A stretch of DNA of 64,000 nt from NCBI GenBank assembly GCA_951813565.1, contig OX638351.1, forward strand, positions 5,362,983-5,426,982. The letters are read 5' to 3'. Positions 40,565 through 49,748 of this stretch are shown piece after piece. The notes under the pieces are model-generated. The model did not search any database. It saw only the letters and a list, made by a program, of their open reading frames with translations, and was not told the origin of the DNA. The stretch's first letter is position 1. Each line of letters starts with the position of its first letter. This stretch comes from an uncultured Poribacteria bacterium (GTDB lineage: Bacteria; Poribacteria; WGA-4E; WGA-3G). The position numbers and the translations under genes were made by a program.

Positions 40565-41377
40565 TTAAAACGTAATCCAGTCCTGCCATCCGGTAATGGC
40601 AATTGTACGAACATAAAGATCAGAAAAACCGACCCAAAAAAGACTCATCCACGCCCAGAGCATGTGTCTACGGTTTAGACAACTGACACAGTTATACACA
40701 TTTCGGCGTACGGGTGCTTTAGAAAGTAGATTCACTGTGCCACCCACAAGATGGCGTAATGAATGACACCCAAAAATATACCCAGCTAATAGGACTATAT
40801 TTACTGTTAAGATGACAGTTCCTATGCCGATTCCGAAAGTTTTACCACCGTTTCCATCATCAAACCAAAGAGCAAGCCATACATCATAGGATAGAATACC
40901 CAAAAAAATAATCGCAATGTACATAAAATACCTATGAATGTTCTGAATTATCAATGGGAAAGAATGTTCACCTCTATACCCTTTACGCGGTTCTGATACT
41001 GAACATGAAGGAGGGTCTGCCCAAAAGGCTTTGTAATATGCTCCGCGATAGTAGTAACATGTAAACCGAAATCCGAGTGGTGACCACAAAATTAGGACTG
41101 CAGGTGTAATAAATGCTGGCATCCATTCAGGCATTGCACCAAACCAACTATGTGCATTGGTATGCTCGTTAAGTCCAAAAAGAAGTGGTGAATAGAAAGG
41201 TGTTAAATAAGGTGCATGTTCTGGCAGAAAATGTGCACCTTCAAAAACACGATATGTCGTGTAAACAACAAATATACCGAACCCGATAAATACAACTAAA
41301 GGTTGTACCCACCAAGTATCTTTGCGTTGGGTTTGAAAGGGGCGATGTTCAGTTAATGTTAGTTCTGGGTGCGACAT
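40565..41377 (-). CDS. Succinate dehydrogenase membrane anchor, actinobacterial Sdh1 (Rv0249c/SdhF-like)
   Basis: Hydrophobic; FRFTCYYYRGAYY, QNIHRYF, GCHSLRH and LNRRHM; first gene of the operon. Confidence 0.8.
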   Translation of the reverse strand: MSHPELTLTEHRPFQTQRKDTWWVQPLVVFIGFGIFVVYTTYRVFEGAHFLPEHAPYLTPFYSPLLFGLNEHTNAHSWFGAMPEWMPAFITPAVLILWSPLGFRFTCYYYRGAYYKAFWADPPSCSVSEPRKGYRGEHSFPLIIQNIHRYFMYIAIIFLGILSYDVWLALWFDDGNGGKTFGIGIGTVILTVNIVLLAGYIFGCHSLRHLVGGTVNLLSKAPVRRNVYNCVSCLNRRHMLWAWMSLFWVGFSDLYVRTIAITGWQDWITF

Positions 41378-41457
41378 AAAGACAATTTTCCTTTATATAT
41401 CTAACAGAATACCACATTTGAAAAATAAGTGCAAGCAGGATAAAATCTGTTTGGATA

Positions 41458-41765
41458 TCAAGTTTCTTTTTCACTTGAATCTTCCTTAATTCGGGGTGGT
41501 GGAAGTGGCAGATATTTCCAACCCAAGGCTTTAAATTTTTTTGCTCTGCTTTTAGATAATCGTGGAGTTCCTGCGCCGAATTGAATTTTGCAGCAAATGC
41601 TTCTTTCATTCGATAACATTCTTCAAGGACAGGATCCGTGCGAGTATCCGGTTTCTCTTTCACGTGAATTTCCTCCATTAACTCTGTTGGTGTGCAGAGA
41701 ATTGTCGGTACAAACCCCGCATTCTGACATACCTCTGTCGTTTCAACGTAAACCCTCGACTTTAT
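41458..41765 (-). pseudogene. Internally deleted PIN-domain (VapC-like) toxin plus frameshifted partner segment
   Basis: (ATA)KSRVYVETT is joined directly to EVCQNAGFVPTILCTPTELMEE, then DPVLEECYRMKEAFAAKF; an A7 run at 41536-41542 shifts out KFKALGWKYLPLPPP. Confidence 0.65.
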
Positions 41766-41835
41766 CTTTAAGTATATTGTAGCATGAAGTAACATCTATG
41801 TCAAATTAACAGAAAACTAAAATTTAAATGCATGT

Positions 41836-42576
41836 TCACAACGCCAGCGTATGCGTCAACGGTTCCCAACCTAACAATCGTTTTGCTTTTGAAAGATTGA
41901 TCTCCTCCTGTTCATAGTCTCCTGCAATAAACACAGCATCAAAGCCTTCGTGTTCAACCGAGATGGCGGCGAGGTATGCACGTGCCAAATCTTCCTCATC
42001 TGTCCACCAGATATGGACTGACGAGTCTTTCGGTTGGTTGCGGCGTTCTAACCACTGTTCCCGTGTTGATGGACCTGTAATTCGCAAAGCGATGAGGGAC
42101 ATGTCATGTTCGCGAGTGAAGTACTCACAGACCTGTTCACCAAAACTTTTGGTCAAACCGTAAACACCTGGATTATCTCGTGGGACAAGGTCCTCATAAG
42201 GATAACTATTTCGGGTGCGTTCATGGACGGTGAAAGTGCTGGTGTAGACACCATGGGGTATTCCTGCTTCCTTCGCAGCATGAAGTAGGATATGGAGTCC
42301 CTTTGCGTTCACATCGTAGTTTGCCACAATGTCTGGGAAATCTGCGACAGATGAGCGGTCACTTGTGGGACGTAACATCACCATGTAGACAAAAGTATCC
42401 ATCCCTTTCAACGCTTCTTGTACGATGTCTACATTGGTAACTGACCCTTGGATGTATTCTATGGATTCGTCCTTTGGTGGGGCAAGGTCAAGCACGCGAA
42501 AATTGTGATGTTCCTTCATGTAAGGAAGTGTCATCGTTCCGACGTGTCCCGAACCGCCTACAAGTAGAACATTCAT
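41836..42576 (-). CDS. NAD-dependent epimerase/dehydratase (uronate dehydrogenase-like SDR)
   Basis: GGSGHVG and YGLTK. Confidence 0.85.
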   Translation of the reverse strand: MNVLLVGGSGHVGTMTLPYMKEHHNFRVLDLAPPKDESIEYIQGSVTNVDIVQEALKGMDTFVYMVMLRPTSDRSSVADFPDIVANYDVNAKGLHILLHAAKEAGIPHGVYTSTFTVHERTRNSYPYEDLVPRDNPGVYGLTKSFGEQVCEYFTREHDMSLIALRITGPSTREQWLERRNQPKDSSVHIWWTDEEDLARAYLAAISVEHEGFDAVFIAGDYEQEEINLSKAKRLLGWEPLTHTLAL

Positions 42577-42598
42577 TCCCCAATTCTCCTGTTTTCAG

Positions 42599-43459
42599 CT
42601 ATCCCTTATAGGCATGAGTGCGGTGCTGAATCCGCAAATCGAAGTTATCATCTGGGTTCCACGTTGGCATATCAACCGGCACTTCGTAAGCAAACTGCTC
42701 TGTATCTGATGGATATGGGTTAGTGCGGCGTTCATGCAGCGCACGTTGATACATTTTGCACCGTTGCGTCAGGAATTCGGTTTGCCACCACTTGTAAAGC
42801 GTATTCCATCTCGGTGTCCGTTGATCAAAGTAAATGACTCTGCGGAGTGTATCGCTTGTATTTATTTTACTACCGTGCAAAACTTTGGTATGGTGCAGTA
42901 AGATATCACCCGGTTCAACCTCTGCAGGCACAGCATCTGGACGATCAAAATTGACTACGCCTTTATCAATGATTTCCTGTGCTTCTTCAATTCCCCACAG
43001 ATGACTTTTCGGAATGACCCAAACACATCCGTTGTCAACGGTAGAATGATCAATGTATATGTCAACATTGAAGATAGGATGATTTTCTCGGATTGCATTG
43101 CCATCACGGTGCCATCTGACAGAAGAACCGTGTTTTGGTAATTTAAAGACGAGAGATTCGTAGCATGGAATAAAATCGGGTCCGATGATCCTGTGCAGCA
43201 GATCGCCAATAGAGGGATGTCCGAGCAGCTTCAGTGAAAATTCGTTCGGGTGTGAATGGAGATAGGTGAGATAGTAAGGGATGCCTTCGGGCCCACGCAT
43301 GCACCATTCATCTGCGGGTCCTCCTGCCAAAATCTCATCAATGAGTCTCTGACTCTCCTGTTGTATGACAGCAAGCTCATCTGGTTGGATAACTCCTTTA
43401 AGAATAAGGTATCCATTATCGTTGAAGAATTGAATTTCGTTATCGGTAATTTTTTGCAT
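42599..43459 (-). CDS. Phytanoyl-CoA dioxygenase (PhyH) family protein
   Basis: FNDNGYL, WHRD, IPKSH and LHGS...RR. Confidence 0.88.
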   Translation of the reverse strand: MQKITDNEIQFFNDNGYLILKGVIQPDELAVIQQESQRLIDEILAGGPADEWCMRGPEGIPYYLTYLHSHPNEFSLKLLGHPSIGDLLHRIIGPDFIPCYESLVFKLPKHGSSVRWHRDGNAIRENHPIFNVDIYIDHSTVDNGCVWVIPKSHLWGIEEAQEIIDKGVVNFDRPDAVPAEVEPGDILLHHTKVLHGSKINTSDTLRRVIYFDQRTPRWNTLYKWWQTEFLTQRCKMYQRALHERRTNPYPSDTEQFAYEVPVDMPTWNPDDNFDLRIQHRTHAYKG

Positions 43460-43525
43460 ATTTGTATAGCAAGTTTTGGCTTGCAAGCTGTGCCAAAATC
43501 CTTTCCCTATTTTGCCCAAACCGTG

Positions 43526-44356
43526 TTAGGCGCTTGGAATTTTGTTTGTCTCTATTGCGGTGTGCCATGCTGACACAAATTCTTGGACAGATTGGTATCG
43601 CAACTGTTTGTCCACATTCGTTGCTTTTTTCGCGACGTTCCACATAGCATCGTTTCCCTTCCAGTCGTCTCGTGAATTGCTGTTGTTAGTAAGCAACACG
43701 AATGCTGTGCGCCCCAACATAAAAACGTTTGTTCTTTCATCGATTCGCTCCCCTTTCTGAAATTCCTCTGGTGCCATAAAGCGTCGTGAACCAGACAACC
43801 TTCCGCGGTCATTTATGAAAGGTTTCGGATGGTAGTGGTCGAAATCGTACAGATGGACCTGCTTTTTTTCAAAGTTGTAGATAATGCATCCATCGTAAAA
43901 ATCTTCAGCGATGAAACCTCTTTTTTCGATGAGGATGTGGACATCATAGATAACGTTGAGTGCCGCAACTATCTCAACTGTTGGCAAGGCACAAAACCTG
44001 TCCAGCGGATGTAATTCACCAGCACTAAGTTCCCTTTCGGGGCGCAACCCCTCGCCATCTACCCAATCGTAGACGAGTACGAATCCATCGGGAGTCGTGA
44101 AGGTGTTATGCAATCGGGGGAGTGCCTCATGCTGGACAGCAGCATGAAAGCGCACGGCTTGCTTGAGCCATGTGATAGGTTGCGGTGTATCGGCATATTT
44201 GACGAACCAATGTTGATTGTCCACTACTGTCCGAAAGGATTGACACCCTGAGTCGTGTTCTGGAAATCGATATGTCATTTCACCAATTTGCTTCAGGTAT
44301 GTTTCAATATTTGTGTCAATTTCCGTAACGTCCAAAAGTGGGTGCCGGATGGGCAT
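43526..44356 (-). CDS. Ser/Thr protein kinase-like protein
   Basis: FVK, DFYDGC, DFD, GSRRFMAPEE and TNVFMLG. Confidence 0.75.
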   Translation of the reverse strand: MPIRHPLLDVTEIDTNIETYLKQIGEMTYRFPEHDSGCQSFRTVVDNQHWFVKYADTPQPITWLKQAVRFHAAVQHEALPRLHNTFTTPDGFVLVYDWVDGEGLRPERELSAGELHPLDRFCALPTVEIVAALNVIYDVHILIEKRGFIAEDFYDGCIIYNFEKKQVHLYDFDHYHPKPFINDRGRLSGSRRFMAPEEFQKGERIDERTNVFMLGRTAFVLLTNNSNSRDDWKGNDAMWNVAKKATNVDKQLRYQSVQEFVSAWHTAIETNKIPSA

Positions 44357-44509
44357 TTCACTTATCCTCAGGTGTGGCAAAACTGTTTCTTAACCGTTTT
44401 GCGTGGGTTTTATAGGTTGATAATAGTATACACCGAAACGACAAAAAAGTCACATTTTGTTTATTGTTTGCTGGAGGGCATTTTATAGCATATAACATTC
44501 TTGAATATA

Positions 44510-46585
44510 CTACAGATAAGGTGTCAGATCCCAGAGAAGGATGGAACCGTCAAAACTTGCACTTACCAAAAGTTCATTGTTTGGCGAAAAAGCAAGTCCC
44601 TGTATATCTGTTGGATGCCCCAAAAATGTGGTGATCAGCTTACCTGTCTTAGCCTCCCACAAATAGATGGGAATTTTCTTAAAACCTTGCTGCCACCACA
44701 TACCACCGGCCAAGTACTTTCCACATGAGGAAAATGTTAACGCCATCATATTATTACATTCCTCTGGTAGAGGTATCCGCTTATGGATTTGATCTTGTTT
44801 TATGTCCCATAGCAGGAGTTCTGGTTGTCTTAATTCTCCGCCACATGCTAAATATGAACCGCAGGGAGAAAAGGCGAATTTAAAATATATCCCATCCACT
44901 GGTGGTGTTTCCCCACTTTGTATTACTGCAGAAACTTCACGGCGGCTAACATCCCATAACATGTAATCTGGTGCTTCCTCTCCGCCACAAGCCACATACA
45001 AACCGCAGGGAGAAAACCCTCCGACATTCCCAACCTTATCGCCCGGAAATTCATGTATCTCTTCACCGTGTTCAACATCCCAAAGTCGCGCCGACATACC
45101 ACAAAATTCTTCACTGAGAAGAAATCTGCCATCTGGATTGAATTCCAATAGTGTAATTCGGGATTGGTCATGAGGTAGGTATTTGAGTTGGTGTTTGAGT
45201 TTACATTGTTCATGCCCACTTTGTGCATTCCATACTACGATTGTACCCTCCTCATCAGCACATGCAAGAAGGTTTGCTACTGGTGTAAATGCCTGCTGAA
45301 CCCATGCTTTGCCGTGTCCCGTCAATTCAACAATTGGCGACTCAATGTTTTCAATGTCCAGAAGTGTGACGGTTCCTTCGTTAATGCTAACAATATAACT
45401 ATCACCATTGGAAAATGTGAATAGGTGTTGTCTTTCTCCGGTTCGTCGTGGACGTTTACTTTCAATATCCCATAAGAACGCCTCGCTATATACCTTTGAT
45501 TCAGCCCCTAACGTTTTGCTATCGCCAGAAAATACTATTGAATTTGGGTAATAAGTAGGCTGATAGTCAGATTCTTGCGTATGCGAGTTTCCAGAGAACC
45601 ATACCTTGATGCCGCCATCTCCGGATTCGTGTGCCAATCGTGATCCGTTTGAAAAACGGACTGTCCCCCATATTCCTCCAATATCCTCTATAGTAGAATA
45701 CAGTTTCTCATCACTTTCCAAATCCCATACAGTAATGATACTTTCACGAAACCTTTCAATATAGGAAATTGCCGTTGCACGCAGAACACCTTCCGGTGAG
45801 TAAGATGGAGTCATGTCCGCCTCACCATAATCAGTGTATATCTGAATCTGTTGCCTGTTAACCGTGTCCCAGACGCGGACTGTTCCATCGTCTCTCTTAC
45901 CACCAGAGGCAAGAAATCTATCACACGGTGAAAAGCAGAGACGATGGACACAACCGGTGTGTCCGGTGAGGCAGGCAACTCGTTTCCCGCTTTCCACGTC
46001 CCATACTATTATGGATTCAGCATCGTTATCTATGCCTTCACGACTCGTAGATGCAACCAGATTAGTATCGGGCGAAAAGGCAATCGGCATGGAGCGACCA
46101 CCTTTTTCAGATTTGCAGCTAAATATTTCAAGAAGTTCACCGGTTTCTGGGTGCCAGAGGTTGACAGTACCAGTAGCACTATCGCTTGTAGCGACCCATT
46201 GACTGTTAGGCGAAAAAGTGAGATGACTCAATTCTGTTTTTATCTGCGTCACGCGCAGACCTTTTTGGATGTCCCACATCTCTATGAGGTTCTCCCAGTC
46301 GATGGTAGCGATCCATTTTCCATTAGGTGAAAAAGTGGCTGCAAACACTCCTCGTTCCGCACCCCATAATGCGATAGGTGACATCGTCTCTACTTCATAC
46401 CACCAGAGCCCTACCCTTGTTCCCACAGCAAGATAATGTCCATCCGGGGAGAACACCAGATCCTCCACAAGCCCTTGTCCCAACCGAGCAATTGCGCCTT
46501 CGGGAAGTGCCCAAGTTGTTACATCATCACCGTTAGCACTGACTGGCGCGGGAACTATTAAATTTTTGTCTTTCATAATTTGCAT
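44510..46585 (-). CDS. WD40 repeat protein (no signal peptide)
   Basis: WALPEGAIARLGQG and many FSP(D/C)G...WD repeats. Confidence 0.9.
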   Translation of the reverse strand: MQIMKDKNLIVPAPVSANGDDVTTWALPEGAIARLGQGLVEDLVFSPDGHYLAVGTRVGLWWYEVETMSPIALWGAERGVFAATFSPNGKWIATIDWENLIEMWDIQKGLRVTQIKTELSHLTFSPNSQWVATSDSATGTVNLWHPETGELLEIFSCKSEKGGRSMPIAFSPDTNLVASTSREGIDNDAESIIVWDVESGKRVACLTGHTGCVHRLCFSPCDRFLASGGKRDDGTVRVWDTVNRQQIQIYTDYGEADMTPSYSPEGVLRATAISYIERFRESIITVWDLESDEKLYSTIEDIGGIWGTVRFSNGSRLAHESGDGGIKVWFSGNSHTQESDYQPTYYPNSIVFSGDSKTLGAESKVYSEAFLWDIESKRPRRTGERQHLFTFSNGDSYIVSINEGTVTLLDIENIESPIVELTGHGKAWVQQAFTPVANLLACADEEGTIVVWNAQSGHEQCKLKHQLKYLPHDQSRITLLEFNPDGRFLLSEEFCGMSARLWDVEHGEEIHEFPGDKVGNVGGFSPCGLYVACGGEEAPDYMLWDVSRREVSAVIQSGETPPVDGIYFKFAFSPCGSYLACGGELRQPELLLWDIKQDQIHKRIPLPEECNNMMALTFSSCGKYLAGGMWWQQGFKKIPIYLWEAKTGKLITTFLGHPTDIQGLAFSPNNELLVSASFDGSILLWDLTPYL

Positions 46586-46653
46586 TCCTTAGCAACAGAA
46601 CGCCAGTATAGAAATAGCGTGAGTAGCATCATAAGCTACCCACGCATATTTGA

Positions 46654-47409
46654 CTAATCCCGTGATTTTATCTTTCCCCAAGTAATTGCCAATTTGTTAT
46701 ATGCCTCAACAGCAAGTGCTTGATCCATATTTTTCTTTACATCCTCTGCTGTAAGTGCAACACTCCACATTTTCACTTCGTCAATCGTGCCGTTAAAGAA
46801 ATTGCTGCCGCCGGTATTGGCACCGATAGACATGCCGTGTACTCCGAAGTCCATTCGGACATCACCACCAGAATCAGCTTCACCATCTTTTTTACCATCA
46901 ATATACATGATGGCTTTATCCTTATCTTGTGTTAGAACGAGGTAGTACCATTGTGGTTCAAAAGCGTTGTACGTGCTTACTACTTGAAATTCCTTTGCTT
47001 TCGTGGCAACGTAGCACCCGAAAAGTATTCCACCTCGGTTGAATGTGAGATGGGGTCTACCACCACCGTTGCCACGATACATAATATCTATCCTATCACC
47101 GCCAGCGATCTTTTCAGTAGGTTTGAACCACAATTCAATTGTCATCTCCGCTGGTTCATCAACACCGAATGCTGGAACAGTAACGGCACCATTGTTAAAT
47201 TGTAGTGCCTGTCCTACGACACCTTCAACCCATTCCGCATTATTGATTGTCCCCTTAAACTTATTTGCGGATATGTCTGCGGTTGTGTCCCCGTTACCTT
47301 CATCAAACGGAAAGTGAAAAATTGTATCTTCGGCTGGATTTGCTGCGAAAGCGATTGTACCACATACTACAAAAATCATTGTTGTGAATAAACAAATAAA
47401 CTTTTTCAT
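46654..47409 (-). CDS. Secreted LamG (concanavalin A-like) domain protein with C-terminal TWGxIK motif
   Basis: Signal peptide, FDEGNG, TIELWF and FNGTIDEV; ends AVEAYNKLAITWGKIKSRD. Confidence 0.88.
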   Translation of the reverse strand: MKKFICLFTTMIFVVCGTIAFAANPAEDTIFHFPFDEGNGDTTADISANKFKGTINNAEWVEGVVGQALQFNNGAVTVPAFGVDEPAEMTIELWFKPTEKIAGGDRIDIMYRGNGGGRPHLTFNRGGILFGCYVATKAKEFQVVSTYNAFEPQWYYLVLTQDKDKAIMYIDGKKDGEADSGGDVRMDFGVHGMSIGANTGGSNFFNGTIDEVKMWSVALTAEDVKKNMDQALAVEAYNKLAITWGKIKSRD

Positions 47410-47567
47410 GGTTGAAATTCCTCCAAAATATCAACTATTAACCTTATTTATTAACCTTATTTTATGCCAAACAGATTTTTGTGTCAACTTACAAATGTTA
47501 TGGTAAGGTTATTTAGTTTTCTATATTTCTGATGCATTTTATCACATACGTTGATGTTTTATAATAT

Positions 47568-47819
47568 TATTGTCCGTTGGGTTTCGCAAGCTCTACCCTT
47601 ATGTATGCGTCAATTTAAGGCTTGCAATCCTCGTCCACATCGTGGGGCAGGGCACAGAGACCCTGCCCCTACAATAAAGATGGGCGTTTGGAAAGAAATC
47701 GGGCGGACAAGGTTTCCCTCCTACAAGAAAATCTCCGCTAAATTGACACCCGCTGAATGCCAACAGGCATTCACAGCGTTGATTTATGTGTTTCACTTCG
47801 CTCTACCCAACGGACAATA
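47568..47819. mobile_element. MITE-like composite A inside a duplicated REP core; micro-element at 47751-47784
   Basis: Outer inverted arms TATTGTCCGTTGGG/CCCAACGGACAATA, direct repeats of GTTTC..GCTCTACCC, and inner ends GTCAATTTAAG / CTAAATTGACACC. Confidence 0.7.
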
Positions 47820-47859
47820 TAAACTTTCAGTAACACCCATCAACTGATAATTCCTAAAA

Positions 47860-48031
47860 CTATAGTGAACTTGAAAAATAAAGGGACACATTTTCTGTAG
47901 GAGCGATCTCCGAATCGCGACGAAACTCACTGATAGTCGGGAATCGGAGTTCCCTCCCGCCAAATGCCAGACGCGCATTTGGCGTTGATTCACATCTCAA
48001 AATGTCCCGTTAATCCTAAAGCTTACTATAA
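47860..48031. repeat. REP doublet (GTAGGAGCGATCTCCGAATCGCGAC type) with TATAGT...ACTATA wrapper; micro-element at 47958-47990
   Basis: Removing 33 bp restores GGGAATCGGAGTTCCCTCCCACA. Confidence 0.65.
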
Positions 48032-48295
48032 ATACCCTTGTCTTATTAAGATATTCTCTTGATTTTGACTAAGGATTTTGATAACATATTGCAAAACATC
48101 TTAAACCATACAAAAATAAAACCTAAAGAATGGACTGAATTTGATGAAAAAACTGGCGACCTCAAAAGTTTGGACGTTGTTAGATGCCACGTTTAAAGGT
48201 GTTCAACGCACTTACAAGAAATTGGGAAGTGTCTACAAAGAATTGAATAAGTTTACCACGCTCACAAAGCGTGCTTACAATGAATTGGAGAAAAC

Positions 48296-49345
48296 ATGCC
48301 ACACATATATAAAACCTGCCTTATCGGATGCGGACGGATGGGTGCAACGATTGACGATGAGGTAGCAGATCGTCCCGATAGTTTTATCTGGCAGCCGTTC
48401 TCACACGCTGCAGCCGCTGTTGCTTGTGATAGAACAAATCTCGTGGCTGTTTCGGATGTATTTGCCGAAAAAGCTGAAACCATTCGACAACGTTACGGAG
48501 CAGAACGTGCCTATACAGATTATCAAGAGATGATAGAAAAAGAAAAACCCGACATTGTCTGTATTGCCACGCGACCCGGACCACACGCAGAAATTACCGT
48601 TTTTGCTGCTGAAAACAGTGTCAAAGGTATCTATTGTGAAAAACCGCTTTGCTGTTCCATGGAAGAAGCAGACATCATGGTAGATATTGTTGAAAAACAC
48701 GGTGTCAAATTCAACTACGGCACACAGCGCCGTTTTATGCCTATCTACCGTAAGGTCCGAGAACTTGTTGATGCAGGCGAAATCGGAGACATCCAGTGCA
48801 CCATCGCACAATACGGAGCAAGTTCCGCACTCTGGGGATTAACGCACGCTGCAGACATGCTCCTCTTCCTCGCTAAAGATCCAGAGGTTGACTTTGTTCA
48901 AGGCACTGTTTCATGCAAGGATTCTGATTGGGATGGCAACCGTTTAAACGTTGATCCAGCAATTACTTGTGGTTATATCCGTTTTTCTAATGGAGTCCAC
49001 GGATATAATACTGCTGGCACTGGACCGGAATATGAGGTCTGCGGTACCGGCGGTAAAATCCGAGTCCAAAACAACAGTAGAGAAGTTCAATTCCGGAAGA
49101 AACAGGGAACTTTCTATGAAGATGTGCCGTTTCCTGAAGTATCCCGCGCCACTGGAACCGTGATGGGTATTACAGATATCGCCGAAGCACTTGACGAAGA
49201 CCGAGAGACGAAGGGACCTGTTCATCTTGCCCGGCGCAGTCAAGAGGCATTGATGGGCATGATTGAGTCACATCGGTTAGGTGGGCAACGTGTCTCACTC
49301 CCTATGGAAAACCGTTCTCTCTACGTTACCAGAGATAACTGGTAA
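48296..49345 (+). CDS. Gfo/Idh/MocA oxidoreductase
   Basis: IGCGRMG, PDIVCIAT and YCEKPL. Confidence 0.9.
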   Translation: MPHIYKTCLIGCGRMGATIDDEVADRPDSFIWQPFSHAAAAVACDRTNLVAVSDVFAEKAETIRQRYGAERAYTDYQEMIEKEKPDIVCIATRPGPHAEITVFAAENSVKGIYCEKPLCCSMEEADIMVDIVEKHGVKFNYGTQRRFMPIYRKVRELVDAGEIGDIQCTIAQYGASSALWGLTHAADMLLFLAKDPEVDFVQGTVSCKDSDWDGNRLNVDPAITCGYIRFSNGVHGYNTAGTGPEYEVCGTGGKIRVQNNSREVQFRKKQGTFYEDVPFPEVSRATGTVMGITDIAEALDEDRETKGPVHLARRSQEALMGMIESHRLGGQRVSLPMENRSLYVTRDNW

Positions 49346-49417
49346 AATTCGTGAGTGTAGATATTATGTGATCTGTAGTGGGTTTTCAAATTAATCTCAA
49401 ATGTGCTTATGATACTT

Positions 49418-49720
49418 GTTGGGTTTTACTCCGTTTTACCCATAGGTGTCAATTTAAGGATTTATTTCAGGTTTCACACATTATTAACCAAAACAACACC
49501 GTAACCCGATTGTAGGGGCGGGTCTCCGGGGAATGCCAAAAGGCATTCATACCGTTGATTTGGTGCCCGCCCGTTGTTTGAATACATCAGCAATGGCGGG
49601 GCACAGAGACCCCGCCAAATGCCAAAAAGCGCATTTGGCGTTGATTTGGCCCTACAAGGTTTGACGGGAATTATCCCCTAAATTGACACTTATAGGTTTT
49701 ACTGCGTTCTACCTAACCTA
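49418..49720. mobile_element. MITE-like composite B with an internal GTAGGGGCG REP doublet and two micro-elements (49527-49562, 49613-49648)
   Basis: Ends CCCATAGGTGTCAATTTAAGG / CCTAAATTGACACTTATAGG, flanked by direct repeats GGTTTTACT(C/G)CGTT(T/C)TACC. Confidence 0.75.
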
Positions 49721-49748
49721 AAAATAGTTTGCACGCGCGCCGAAAAAT

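Noticed and set aside
41349..41795. 148-aa ORF as an intact gene
   Set aside because: Better explained as a deleted PIN gene with an out-of-frame tail overlapping the sdh anchor start.
47436..47461. 13-bp tandem duplication TATTAACCTTATT upstream of the LamG gene
   Set aside because: Short and AT-rich; could be slippage or a binding site, with no further support.
47551..47993. ORFs 47551-47847, 47599-47796 and 47793-47993 (also 52747-52953, 52811-53098, 21369-21713, 6779-7303)
   Set aside because: They run through palindromic repeat DNA, with no recognisable RBS or protein-like composition.
48141..48365. Small ORF with weak YK(K/E)L repeats upstream of the oxidoreductase
   Set aside because: It overlaps the next gene by 70 nt out of frame and resembles no family I know; cannot be supported, though not excluded.
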